From positions 1,344,001-1,408,000 of the forward strand of contig CAVTTN010000002.1 of NCBI GenBank assembly GCA_963737655.1: DNA of 64,000 bases, in the 5' to 3' direction. The first letter of the stretch is position 1. The number at the start of each line of letters is the position of its first letter. Both the position numbers and the translations under genes were made by a program. Source of the stretch: an uncultured Planctomycetota bacterium (GTDB lineage Bacteria; Planctomycetota; Planctomycetia; Isosphaerales; Isosphaeraceae). The notes beneath the pieces were generated by a model. That model saw only the letters and a list, made by a program, of their open reading frames with translations. It was not told the DNA's origin and did no database searches. Shown here in pieces: positions 10,111 to 20,776 of the stretch.

Positions 10111-11178
10111 CTAGCGTTGCAGGGCCTTCCGGATCGCCGGCTCCAGCCCGTCGATGGGCACGTCGATGGCGATGACCTTGCCGTCGCGATCGACCAGGAG
10201 GCTGGCCGGGATGTGGGTGACCCCGTAGGTCTTGAGGAGGCGGGCCGCGTCCTTGCCGGCGATCACGCCGGTCCACGACATCCCCTGAGAGACCAGGAAG
10301 CGGCGGACCACGGGGAGGGCCTTCTTCGCGTCCCCGACGTCCTCATGAAGGGCATCGACGTTGACTCCGAAGATCTCGAACCCCTGTCCCTTGTACTTCT
10401 CGGCCAGCGCGTTGAGGCGGGGGATCGCGGCGACGTTCGGCGGGCACCAGGTCGCCCAGAAGTCGATCAGGACGACCTTGCCCCGGAACCCGGCCAGGGC
10501 GACCTTCTCGCCGTCGGCGTCGGTCCCTTCGATCGCGGGGGCGGCCTGGCCGAGCAGCTTGATCCGGTCCATCCGGGCCTCGAAGTGGGCCTTCATCGCC
10601 GGGGGGGCGTCCGGGCTCTCGCAGGCGAACGCGCAGAGCTTGCGGGCCTCGTCGTAGCGGCCCGAGCGGAGGAGGCGTTGCAGATAGGCCTCGGCGATCC
10701 CCGAGGCGATTTCGGGGTCGGCCTTCGCGGCGGCGCCCCCGGCCTTCAGGAACGCGGTCAGCTCGGCGAAGGAACGGTCGAACTCGCCCTTGTCGGCGCT
10801 GGCCAGGATCTTGACGAAGGTCGCCAGGGCGCGGGCCTCGCCGCCGGCCTCCTCCGAGGCGAGGCAACGCTCGGCGGCCGGGGCGGCCTCGGCGCAGAGG
10901 TCGGCGTCGATCGCCGCCCGGAACAGTCCCAGGAAGACCGGATCGGCGTCGGCGCCCTTCACCCGGGCCGACAGCCGCGAGAGGTCCGCGATCCGTCGTC
11001 GCTCCAGGTCGAGGAAATCCCGCCGATACGACGCGTTCAACTCGTCCAGGGACTGGAAGGCGCCGGGAGTCTTCGAGGGTTCCTGGGCCGCGATCGGGCC
11101 CGGGAATCCGACGGAGATCGTCCACAACGCCAGGACGAGCGCAAGCTTCCGGGCCGTTCTCGCGGAGGCGATGGTCAT
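10111..11178 (-). CDS. TlpA/ResA-like thioredoxin-fold protein with helical N-terminal domain
   Basis: Signal peptide; GKVVLIDFWATWCPPN...GVNVD...YGVTHIPASLLVDRDGKV. Confidence 0.88.
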   Translation of the reverse strand: MTIASARTARKLALVLALWTISVGFPGPIAAQEPSKTPGAFQSLDELNASYRRDFLDLERRRIADLSRLSARVKGADADPVFLGLFRAAIDADLCAEAAPAAERCLASEEAGGEARALATFVKILASADKGEFDRSFAELTAFLKAGGAAAKADPEIASGIAEAYLQRLLRSGRYDEARKLCAFACESPDAPPAMKAHFEARMDRIKLLGQAAPAIEGTDADGEKVALAGFRGKVVLIDFWATWCPPNVAAIPRLNALAEKYKGQGFEIFGVNVDALHEDVGDAKKALPVVRRFLVSQGMSWTGVIAGKDAARLLKTYGVTHIPASLLVDRDGKVIAIDVPIDGLEPAIRKALQR

Positions 11179-11446
11179 CGAGATGTCCCTTCCGGCAAGG
11201 CCTGGCCGCTCCGCTCCGATCGTCCTCACAACTCGACGCGATCGCGGGTCGGGCGGGACGCCCGGACTCCCGGCGGACTCGTCTTTCGAAAGGATGATTT
11301 CGTGACAGATCAGGCTGGGGCACAGATTGCTTACCGGCAGCAAACGTAGACCTGGGCGCCGAACGAGTCAAGGGTCCCTTCGCCGGGTTCTCCGAATCTT
11401 CAAGGCCGGTCCCCGGCGATCGGGGCCGGGGTCGCCGTCGCCGGGC

Positions 11447-14400
11447 CTACGGGGTGGCGTCCCAGAGGCGGACCTCGCCATCGGTTCCCCCCGAGGCCAG
11501 GACGTTTCCTCCGGGCCGGAAGCTCAGGCCGAGGACGCGGCCGGCGTGGCCCTTCAGCTCGAGCGTCTCCCGGCCTCGCTCGGGGTCCCAGATCCGGACC
11601 GAGCCATCGGCGCCGGCGGAGGCGATCCTCGATCCGTCGGGCGTCCAGGCGAGGGCGAAGATCCAGCCGGTCCTGGGGCTGAACGAGCGGAGTTCCCGGC
11701 CGGTTTCCCTCGACCAGACGCGGATCGTGCCGTCCTGGCCGGCGGAGGCGACGCGCTTCGCCTCGGGGTCGAAGGCGACGGCCGAGACCGCTCCCTGGTG
11801 ACCCTTCAGGACCCTCGACGCGTGCCCCGAATCGAGCCGCCAGAGCCGGACCGTCCCATCGGCGCCGGCCGAGGCGACGAGCTGGCCGTCGCGGGTCACG
11901 GCGAGGTCGTGGATCGGGCCGACGTGCCCCCGCAAGGCGCTCATCTCGAGGCCCGAGCCCAGGTCCCAGACGCGGACGGCTCGCTCGGCCGACGACGGCG
12001 GGACCCCCTTGCCCTGGAGGCCCTGGACGATTTCCCGAGGCTCGCCCCCTCCGGTGATCAGCCGGAGGCCGTCGGGGGCGAAGATCGCGCGGCCGAGCGG
12101 CTCGTCGGGCGTCTTGAAGGTCCCGACGATCTTCCTGGAGGGCCATTCGCGGACAGCCACTGATCCATCAAGGCTCGCCGATACCATCAACCGGCCCGAG
12201 GGGTCGATCGCCGGGGGGAACGGGGCGGGGAGGTCGGTGATTTCCTGCGAAACGCCGTCGGGGAAGGGCCGGATTGCGATCCCTCGGTCGGTCGCGATGG
12301 CCACGGACCGGCCGTCGGGGAAGAAGGCGAGGCCGACGATCGGGCAAGCCGGGAGGTCGGCCCTCCAGATCCGCGAGCCGGGGCCGTCGTCGAGGTCCCA
12401 GAGCTTGACCGTCGCGTCCTGGCCGGCCGAGGCGAGGAGGCGGCCATCGGGGCTGAACGCCACGCTGAAGACCGGCGCCGAATGCCCCGCGAACGAGGCG
12501 AGCTCCCGGCCGGTCCTGGCGTCCCAGACCTTCACCGAGCGATCGAGGGCGCCGGAGGCGATCCTCCGGCCGTCGGGGCTGAAGGCGAGGCCGTCGATCC
12601 GGGCGGAAGCGGCCCGGAAGCTCAGGATTTCCGCGCCGGACCGGGCGTCCCAGACGCGAATCGTCCGATCGGCGCCGCCCGAGGCGAGCGTCCGGCCGTC
12701 GGGCGAGAAGGCGACGCAGCGGGCGGCCTCGGCGTGGGCCGGCAGGCGTCTCCGCTCCCGGCCGGTTCTCGCGTCCCAGAGGATCACCCGGCCATCGGCG
12801 CCGGCGGAGGCGATCTCCTGGCCGTCGGGCCGGAAGGCCACGCCGAAGACCGGCCCGGAGTGGCCCGGGAGCGTCAAGATTTGGTCGCCCGAGCTCGTGT
12901 CCCAGACGCGGACCAACCCGTCGGCGCCCCCGGAGGCGATCGTCGAAGAGGACGCGCCGAAGGCGACGGCCGACGCCCATTCGCCGTGGCCGGGGAGGGT
13001 GGCCCGCAAGGTCCCGGCGGGGAGGTCCCAGATCCGAACCGCCCCGTCCGCCCCGGCGGTGGCCAGGAGCGTCCCCCCTCGGCTGAACGCCACGCCGAAG
13101 GCGGTGCCGTCGTGGCCCCGGAGGTCGCAGGCCCGGCGGTTGGTCTTCGCGTCCCAGATCCCCAGCCCTCCGCCGTCGTCGGGGCAGGTGAAGCGGAGGG
13201 TGTCGGGGACGAACGCGACCCCGCAATTCACGGCGTTGTGGCCGCGGAGCGTCAGCTTCTCGGCGTGGGCCTGGCGCTTCAGATAAGACCATTCCCACTC
13301 GCGAAGATCGGGGGGACACGCCTCCAGGAGGCGGTCGAGCCCGGGGACGTCGTTCGAGGCCAGCGCCCGTTCGGCGGCGGCGATCCGGTCGAAGTAGCCG
13401 TCGATCTCGGCCTGCTTGCGGGCGATCGCCTGGCGGCCGAGCTCGCCTTCGGCATTTTGGCGGCCCCGGGCCTCGATCTTGAGGGCGGCGGCGGTCTTCT
13501 CGGCCTTCTGACGGAGGACGATAGCCACGTCGATCGTCGCGGCCAGGAGGACGCAAACGCCCAGCAAGGCGGCGGCCGTCGGGCGCCTGCGGGCCCACTT
13601 GGCGACCCTCTCGGCCGACGAGGCGCGGCGGGCCTCGATCGGCTTGCCCGAGAGCCAGCGGTCGAGGTCGTCGGCCATCGCCTCGGCCGTCGCGTACCGC
13701 CGTTTCGGGTCTTTTTCGAGGCATTTCAGCGCGATCGTGGCGAGGTCTCGGGGCACCCTGGGATGGATCCGCCCGGGGGGCTCCGGCTCCTGCTCGCGGA
13801 CCTTCCGCAGGACCTCGACCACCGATTCGCCCCGGAACGGCGCGAGGCCGGTCAGGAGTTCGTAGAGGATCGCGCCCAGGCCGTGGATGTCGGCGGCGAT
13901 CGTGACGGACTCCCGGCGGCCCTCGGCCTGCTCGGGGGCCATGTAGGCGGGCGTGCCGACGATCGAGCCCGACTTCGTCGAGCGCCGCGTCCCCCTCGAC
14001 TTTCCTCGCCAGCCCGAAATCGGCGACGTGGGGGCGGCCCTGGCGATCGAGGAGGACGTTCGCGGGCTTCAAGTCGCGGTGGAGGATGCCGCGTTGATGG
14101 GCGTAGTGGACGGCCCGACTCACGGCGGAGACGATCTCGGCGGAGCTTCGCGGGTCGGCCTTCAGCCGGGGAACGTGGCGGGCGAGGCTGCCGCCATCGA
14201 CGATCTTCATGCTGTAATATGGGCGGCCGTCGTGCTCGCCGACCTCGAAGATCGGGACGATCCCGGGATGGTCGAGGTGGGCGGCGGCCTCGGCCTCGCG
14301 GCGGAACCGGCGGAGGTCCTCCTCCGTGGCGAGCCGGCCGTCGGCGATCATCTTCAAAGCGAGGACGCGGTCGAGGCTCACCTGCCGGGCCGCGAAGACG

Positions 14401-14720
14401 ACGCCCATCCCGCCCCGGCCGAGCTCGCCCATCAGCTCATAATCGCCGAAATACGCGACACGGCCCCCCTCGGCCGGGGCGATCGGCGAGGGGAACCGCA
14501 CCACGTCGGGCCATTCGGATGTCTTCAAAGGGTCGGCCAGGCGATCGACGGCGTCGAGGTCGGCGAAGAAGGCCGAGAGCTCGGCCGAGTACTCCGGATG
14601 GAGGTCGATCCAGCCTCGGCGATCGGGAGGGCCTCCGCATTCGGCCGCTTCGAGGTAGGAGGCGAGGACGGCCTCGAACCGGGGGTCGGCCTCGGAGTCG
14701 TCGAGACGGGCGCTGGCCAT
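11447..14720 (-). CDS. Ser/Thr protein kinase with transmembrane helix and WD40 repeats; +1 frameshift at about 13980
   Basis: Kinase motifs ELGRGGMGVVF, ALKMI, HRDLKPAN, DFGLA in one frame; SGSIVGTPAYMAPEQ and more than 10 GH...WD repeats in the next frame. Confidence 0.9.
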
Positions 14721-14725
14721 CGGTC

Positions 14726-15265
14726 CTAGCTCTCCTCTCCGGCGGCGAGCCTGGCGCGGAGGGCCTTCAGCCCCCGGTGCAGCAGGCCGGCCACGGCCGG
14801 CTTGGTGGTGCCGAGCGCCTCGGCGATCTCGGCCAGGGGGCAGCCCTGGAGGTGGTGCATCTCGACGGCCCGTCTCTGGCCTTCGGGCAGGGCGGCGAGG
14901 GCGTCGGCCATCCTCAACAGTTCCTCGGCGCGGATCGCCCGGCCGCTGGGCGAGGTCTGGTCGGCCGGCGGGCCGGCGTCGGCCGGGTCGATCGGGACTT
15001 CGCGCTCGTGGGACCGCTTCCGGGCCCCCAGCCGGCGGACCTCGTCGGCCAGGTTGTGGCGGAAGATCGCCCGGAGCCACGCCGCGGTCTGCGCATCATT
15101 GCGAGGCCGAGGCGCGGCCCGGTGAGCATCCAGGAGCGTCTGCTGGACCACCCCCGAGAGGTCGATGGACGATCGGAGCCGACGCGACACCTCGACCCGG
15201 GCCAGGAGGCCCAGGTACTCCCGGAACCGGCTCGGAGTGTCGAGATGCCCGTCGGCCGTGCTCAT
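14726..15265 (-). CDS. Planctomycete-type ECF sigma-70 factor
   Basis: FREYLGLLAR...DLSGVVQQTLLDAH, WLRAIF, TSPSG, region 4 LPEGQRRAVEMHHLQG...EIAEALGTTKPAVAGLLHRGL; directly upstream of the kinase. Confidence 0.92.
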   Translation of the reverse strand: MSTADGHLDTPSRFREYLGLLARVEVSRRLRSSIDLSGVVQQTLLDAHRAAPRPRNDAQTAAWLRAIFRHNLADEVRRLGARKRSHEREVPIDPADAGPPADQTSPSGRAIRAEELLRMADALAALPEGQRRAVEMHHLQGCPLAEIAEALGTTKPAVAGLLHRGLKALRARLAAGEES

Positions 15266-15296
15266 CGTCGTCCCGTCGGGCGGGCGAGGCCCACCT

Positions 15297-15356
15297 GTAG
15301 GGTGCATGAAATGCACCAACCCGCGGCGGCCGAAGGCCGCCCACCGACCAGTCTAC
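15297..15356. repeat. GTAG-type REP copy
   Basis: GTAGGGTGCATGAAATGCACC...GCGGCGGCCGAAGGCCGCC...CTAC; same family as 3336-3481. Confidence 0.85.
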
Positions 15357-17107
15357 CTCGCCGCCTTCAAGAACTTCAGCCGGAGCTTCGCCTCGTCTTT
15401 GCCCGAGGCCAGCCTCGCCTCCTCGGCGGCGATGGCGGAGTCGCGGCCCCCGGCCTTTTCGGTGGCCTGGGCGAACTTCTCGCCGGCCCACCAGTCCGTC
15501 ATGCCGGCGAGGTCGACGGGCCCGCCGGCCTTCTGATGGCACTGGCGGCATTCCTGAGACCGCAAGGCCAGGCCGGCGAGATCGACGAGCCGGCCGTACT
15601 GGCGGGCCGCCCCGCGATCGTCCCCCCGGCCTTCGAGCGCCAGGGCCCGGGCCTTCATGTCGATGCGATCGTAGCAATTCTTCCCCTCGGGCTCGGGCCG
15701 CGCCCCCAGGAGCTTCATCGCGGCATTCCCCTCGACCTTCGCCTCGGCGTCCAGGCCGAGCTCGCGGAGGAGCGACGCCAGCCGGGCCCGGATCATCGTC
15801 GGGTCCTCGCTCAGAGCCGTCATCGGCGGCAGGGGCTTGCCCTCGACCGCGTTCACGGCCGAGCGGAGGTCCGTCGCCAGGCCGGTCAGGAGGAGCCTCC
15901 GGCCCAGGAGCCGCACGTTCTCGTCCTTCGTCGCCTTCACGACCCGCCGGACGATCGGCTCGACGTACCGGCCCTGGCCTCGGAGGTACTCGAAGCCCGC
16001 CAGCCTCCTCGCCTCGTTGGGCGAGCCGAGGTCCAGGACCGCCCGTTCGGCCAATCGTTCGCGGCTCGGCGTGAGCATCTCCAGGCGGCCGACCATCACC
16101 CGGACCGTCTCCTTCGGCGCCGGGTTGATCGTCATCGGGATGAACGCATCGGTCCAGCTCTGCGGGAGGACGAACAGCGTGCGGACGCCCTCGGCGCGGA
16201 AATAGCTGGATTTCCAGGTGTTGACCATCGCGCGGGCCTCCTTCGGGAACAGGCCCGCTTGCACGAGCCGGGCGGCGAGGTCATCGGCCAGGCGGTCGGC
16301 GAAGCGATCGACCGGCAGGGCGTCGGCCATCGAGGGGATCGCCTCGCGGGCGGCCTCGCCGGGCCGGAGCGAAGGGATGTAGGCATAGGCGCCCTTTCCG
16401 CCCTCAACCCGGATCACGAATAGATGAGACACGGACGTCGATCCCTCGTCCATCGCCAGGGTTCCGCCGGACTCGGCCGTCATCTTCAGGGGCAGGGGCG
16501 CGGTGCCGAGCCCCCGGTAGAACAGGAACCGCTCGGTCTCGACGTTGTTCGGCGCGGCCTTCGCCACGTTGTAGGTCTGGACATAGGCCGAATCGACCTG
16601 GCGGGCGAAGTTCCAGAGGGCGTCGGCCGAGGTCGAGGGCGGAGGGGGCAGGGGGCCCGCCTTCGTCGCCGGGACGATCTGCGCATGCCAGATGATCGAC
16701 CCGGACTTCGGCGGCTCGACGGGCGTCGGCACGGGCAGGGCGTCCGTCAGGTGGGGAAAAAGCCCCGCGGCCTGCGGATACCACTGGGTCCACGACCCGC
16801 TCGGGAACTTCACCTCCACGCGGACGGATTGCGGCGTGTTCGTATAGAAATAAATGACCGGCGTCTCGCCCTTGGAGAGGATGTACAGCGGGCGGAGCTG
16901 GTCGCGCCCCCGGGCGTGGACGAAGCCGGGCAGGGCGTGCTCCTCGTGATACATCCCGTCGAGCGAGACGCCGTCCGACCCGCTCATGGCGAGGAACGTG
17001 CCCCACTCGTGGACCACGGCATCGCTCCTCGGCGGGGGATCGGCCAGGGCCGCTCCGGCCGAAAAGGTCCCGGCGAGGAACAGCCCCAGGGCGGTCTTCG
17101 ATCGCAT
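15353..17107 (-). CDS. Secreted uncharacterised protein (VHEWGTF / ETPVIYFY family) with C-terminal helical region and a CxxCH motif
   Basis: Signal peptide; VHEWGTF, ETPVIYFY, ERFLFYRG, GLFPKEARAMVNTW, RVMVGRLE; CRQCH near the C-terminus. Confidence 0.75.
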   Translation of the reverse strand: MRSKTALGLFLAGTFSAGAALADPPPRSDAVVHEWGTFLAMSGSDGVSLDGMYHEEHALPGFVHARGRDQLRPLYILSKGETPVIYFYTNTPQSVRVEVKFPSGSWTQWYPQAAGLFPHLTDALPVPTPVEPPKSGSIIWHAQIVPATKAGPLPPPPSTSADALWNFARQVDSAYVQTYNVAKAAPNNVETERFLFYRGLGTAPLPLKMTAESGGTLAMDEGSTSVSHLFVIRVEGGKGAYAYIPSLRPGEAAREAIPSMADALPVDRFADRLADDLAARLVQAGLFPKEARAMVNTWKSSYFRAEGVRTLFVLPQSWTDAFIPMTINPAPKETVRVMVGRLEMLTPSRERLAERAVLDLGSPNEARRLAGFEYLRGQGRYVEPIVRRVVKATKDENVRLLGRRLLLTGLATDLRSAVNAVEGKPLPPMTALSEDPTMIRARLASLLRELGLDAEAKVEGNAAMKLLGARPEPEGKNCYDRIDMKARALALEGRGDDRGAARQYGRLVDLAGLALRSQECRQCHQKAGGPVDLAGMTDWWAGEKFAQATEKAGGRDSAIAAEEARLASGKDEAKLRLKFLKAAR

Positions 17108-17242
17108 GGCGTCGCCTCCCTTCCTGTCGATTTCCGATCCGGGGCCCGTCGGGATGACGGCCCCCCGAGAGGATGGGCGGAGGAATCGCGAGGAGGGAGC
17201 GCGCGTTTCCGTGGGGTGGACGAAATTGCCCGCGGGATCGGG

Positions 17243-17282
17243 TCGGGCGGCAGGCTTACGTCTTCGTAAGCCTGCCGCCCGA
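17243..17282. terminator. Perfect 18-bp hairpin just downstream of the tricorn gene (terminator or mRNA-stabilising stem)
   Basis: TCGGGCGGCAGGCTTACG-TCTT-CGTAAGCCTGCCGCCCGA; no clear U-tract. Confidence 0.55.
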
Positions 17283-17296
17283 TCAAGACACCCGAG

Positions 17297-20200
17297 TCAC
17301 GGCGTTTTGACCGGCGGGGCCGGGCGCCCGGGGAGCTTCCTGGGCTGGTCCTTCATCGCCTTGAGGACTTCCTCGACGGCCCTCTCCAGCTGCGGGTCCC
17401 GGCCCTGGATCACCGCCTTGGGGTCGTTCTCGATCTCGATGTCGGGATCGACCCCGTGCCCCTCGATGATCCATTTGCCGTCTGCCGAGGCGAACCCGAA
17501 CTCGGGGACGTTCACCGTCCCGCCATCGACCAGGGGCCCGCGGCTCGTGATCCCGATCACGCCGCCCCACGACCTCTTGCCCACCAACGGCCCGAGCTTC
17601 GCCTGCTTGAACATGGCGGGGAAGATGTCGCCGTCGGACGCGCTGTTCTGGTTCAGGATGCACACGAGAGGGCCGTGGAAGACGACTCCGGGATACGTCG
17701 AGGCCGAGTCGCTCGTCCGGGCGAACCCGGTGGCCAGGAGCTCTCGCCTCAGCCGCTCGATCAGCATCTGCGAGACGTTCCCCCCGCCGTTGAAGCGGAC
17801 GTCCACGACCATCCCTTCCTTGCGGATCTGGGGATAGTACCACTTGATGAACTCGCGGATGCCTTCGGCGCCCATGTTCGGGATGTGGATGTACCCGACC
17901 CGGCCATCCGTCAGCTTCGCCACCCTCGCCATGTTCTGGCGGACCAGGGCGAGGTAGCGGAGATCGGTCTCCGAGGCGATCGGCTCGACCGTCACGGTCC
18001 TCGCGCCGTCCTTCTCGGGTTTGGCGTTCACGAGGAGCTTCAAAGGGTGGTCGGCCCCGTCGCGGAGGAGGCGATAGGGGTTGTCGGGCGCCTTCAGGTC
18101 CCGGCCGTCGATCGCCAGGACGTAGTCACCCTCCTTCACGTCCACGCCCACCTCGGTCAGGGGCGAGCGATAGAGCGGCTCCTCGTTCTGCCCCTTGAGG
18201 ATTTTCGCGATCCTGTACAGGCCCGAGGCCGCGTCCAGGGCGAACTCGGCGCCGAGGAGGGCGACGTGGGGCCGGCTCGGCTTCTCCCAGTCGCCCCCCG
18301 TGTTATAGGCATGCCCGACGTTCAATTCGCCGATCATCTCGCCGATCACGTAATTCAGGTCCGATCGGTGGGCGACGTGCTCCAGCAACGGGCGGTAGCG
18401 GCCGCGGAGGGCTTCCCAGTCGTAGCCGTGGAGGTTCTCGACGTAGAAGAAGTCGCGGTAGCGCCGCCAGACCTCGTCAAAAATCTGCGCCCACTCCTCC
18501 TTCGGCACGCGATCGACGGCCAAATCGGCCGTGCTGACGGCCTTCTTCGAGTCTTTCCCCTTTGGCGAGGCGTCGTAGAGGTTCAGCGAAGGGCCCTGGC
18601 GGACGAGGACTTTTGAGCCGTCGAGCGACAGGGCGTAGCCCCCGACGCCGTCGGCCAGGGTCGTCTCCTTGCGGTCGGCGATCGAGAAGATCCGCAATTC
18701 CGGCTTCGATTCCCCGTCCCGGCCGTAGTAGAACGCCCCCCCTCGGACGTAGAGCAGGTGCCCCTTCTTCGCCGAGAGGTTCGAGTAGTTGTCGGCCGGG
18801 ACCGGGACGCGGGCCACCCTCGCCGCCAGGCCGTCGAAGTCGATCTTGATCGGTTCCTTCGCGTCCTTCTTCGGCTTGTCGTCGGGCTTCTTCTCCTCCT
18901 TCTTGTCGTCGTCCTTCTTGTCGTCGGCGAGGGCGACCTCGTCGCTCTCGGGCGGGAAGGGATTCTTGACGTCCTTGCGCAGGGCGAGGGCATAGATGCC
19001 GGTCGATCGATTGGTGACGAAGTTCCTCTCCTTCCAGTCGATCTGGGGGGCGAACTCGCGGTCGCTCAGGTAATAGAGGTAGTTCCCCTCGGGGTCCCAC
19101 GCCGGCTCGGCCTCGTCGAAGGTCTCGTCGGTGATCCTCCGGGGCTTCTCGTCGCCGACGGTCCACACGTAGAGCGACCTCGTTTCGTTCGGGTCGCTCA
19201 GGCTGAACGCGAGGTGAGTCCCGCAGGGAGACCAGACGTAATCCTGGAGCTGGCCGCGAGGCTCGTCGGCGACCTGGACGACCGATTTATCGGCCAGGGT
19301 CAGGACGAACAGCTTGCCGTCCTTGTCGGAGAAGGCGATCCGCTTGCCGTCGGGCGAGGGCGAGGGCGCGTACCTCATCGCCTTGCCGCCCCGGGTGAGC
19401 TGCTCGGGAGAGCCGGACCCGTCCTGGTCGATCAAATAGAGCTCTTCCTCGCCCGAGGCGTCGGAGAGATAGACGATCTTGCGGCCGTCGGGGAGCCAGC
19501 TCGCGGCCTTGTCGTGGGCGTTCGACGACCGGGTCAGGTTGCGGGTGGCCCCCTTCTCGATCGGGACCGAGAACACGTCCCCCCGGCCGACGATCAGGGC
19601 CCGCTCCCCCTTCGGGCTCAGCGAGAACCCCTCGATCAACCCCGGCTCGACCTTCACCCGGGACGGCCTCCTCGCCAGGGCGTCGGTCGGGACGACGATC
19701 GGCACCGGCTTCGACTCGCCCGAGCGGACGTCCAGGACGAACAGCTCGCCGCCGAGCTCGTAGACGATCCGGCCGTCCTCCGACGCGCTTGGCCAGCGGA
19801 CGTCGTGGACGGTGCTTTTCGTGAGTTGCCGGACTTCCTTCGCCTTCGGGTCGAACTCGAAGAGGTTGAGCGTCCCGGTGCGGTCGGAGTTGAAATAGAT
19901 CTTGTCGCCGATCCACATCGGGTCGCGTTCGGTCCGGGGCGAGTGGGCGACGGGCTCGACCTCGTGGGTCTTGAGGTCGAAAACGTAAAGGTCCTGGGCC
20001 CATCCGCCCTGATACCGCTTCCAGGTGCGGAAATCCCGCGTAAGGGGCGAATAGAGCACCTGATTTCCGTCCGGAGAGAACGTCCCGCCCCCCGCCACGG
20101 GCATGGGCAGGGGGGTCGGCAGCCCGCCCTCGGCCGGGACCGTGTATAGCCGCGTGTCGGCCATCGTCCAGCCCTCGCGCATCGAGCGGAAGAGGACGGA

Positions 20201-20593
20201 CTTGCCGTCGGGCGACCAGCCATAAACCTGGTCGTCGAAACCCCAGCGGTCGGGCAGGGGGCCCCGGGCGGGGTAGAACGTCAACTGTTTCGGCTCCCCG
20301 CCCGAGGCGGGGACGACGTACACCTGCTCGTCGCCGTCGTACTGGCCGGTGAAGGCGATGGACTTGCCGTCGGGCGAGAATTTGGCGAAGAGTTCCAGGC
20401 CCGGATGGGCGGTCAGTCGCGAGGCGGACCCGCCGGAGACGGGGGCCGTCCAGAGGTCCCCGGCGTAGGTGAACACGACCTTGTCGCCGTGGACGTCGGG
20501 GAATCGCAGGAGCTTCGTCGGCCCGTCGGCCGGGGCCGGCGTCGCCAGGCCGGCGAGCAGGGCCGCCGTCGAAACAAGGAGGCGCATTCTCAT
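17297..20593 (-). CDS. Tricorn protease homologue (S41 peptidase, PD40 propellers, PDZ)
   Basis: [77 protein letters not shown]. Confidence 0.96.
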   Translation of the reverse strand: MRMRLLVSTAALLAGLATPAPADGPTKLLRFPDVHGDKVVFTYAGDLWTAPVSGGSASRLTAHPGLELFAKFSPDGKSIAFTGQYDGDEQVYVVPASGGEPKQLTFYPARGPLPDRWGFDDQVYGWSPDGKSVLFRSMREGWTMADTRLYTVPAEGGLPTPLPMPVAGGGTFSPDGNQVLYSPLTRDFRTWKRYQGGWAQDLYVFDLKTHEVEPVAHSPRTERDPMWIGDKIYFNSDRTGTLNLFEFDPKAKEVRQLTKSTVHDVRWPSASEDGRIVYELGGELFVLDVRSGESKPVPIVVPTDALARRPSRVKVEPGLIEGFSLSPKGERALIVGRGDVFSVPIEKGATRNLTRSSNAHDKAASWLPDGRKIVYLSDASGEEELYLIDQDGSGSPEQLTRGGKAMRYAPSPSPDGKRIAFSDKDGKLFVLTLADKSVVQVADEPRGQLQDYVWSPCGTHLAFSLSDPNETRSLYVWTVGDEKPRRITDETFDEAEPAWDPEGNYLYYLSDREFAPQIDWKERNFVTNRSTGIYALALRKDVKNPFPPESDEVALADDKKDDDKKEEKKPDDKPKKDAKEPIKIDFDGLAARVARVPVPADNYSNLSAKKGHLLYVRGGAFYYGRDGESKPELRIFSIADRKETTLADGVGGYALSLDGSKVLVRQGPSLNLYDASPKGKDSKKAVSTADLAVDRVPKEEWAQIFDEVWRRYRDFFYVENLHGYDWEALRGRYRPLLEHVAHRSDLNYVIGEMIGELNVGHAYNTGGDWEKPSRPHVALLGAEFALDAASGLYRIAKILKGQNEEPLYRSPLTEVGVDVKEGDYVLAIDGRDLKAPDNPYRLLRDGADHPLKLLVNAKPEKDGARTVTVEPIASETDLRYLALVRQNMARVAKLTDGRVGYIHIPNMGAEGIREFIKWYYPQIRKEGMVVDVRFNGGGNVSQMLIERLRRELLATGFARTSDSASTYPGVVFHGPLVCILNQNSASDGDIFPAMFKQAKLGPLVGKRSWGGVIGITSRGPLVDGGTVNVPEFGFASADGKWIIEGHGVDPDIEIENDPKAVIQGRDPQLERAVEEVLKAMKDQPRKLPGRPAPPVKTP

Positions 20594-20776
20594 CGGTCGA
20601 ATGATCTCGGAGGGGTTCGGATCGGACGGCAACGAACCACGAAGCTATTCGCCGACGCCCCGGATGACAAGGCGGTCGCGACCGGAGGGCCGGCCCCCTC
20701 TTGATCGCCGCCGATGTTCACGCGATCATTGCGGGCCGGGGCGATCGGCGGGCCGGATGCTCGGAGGGTTCGGATC

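Noticed and set aside
11447..13300. Regularly spaced near-repeats suggesting an array
   Set aside because: They are WD40 coding repeats, not CRISPR; no constant repeat with unique spacers and no cas genes
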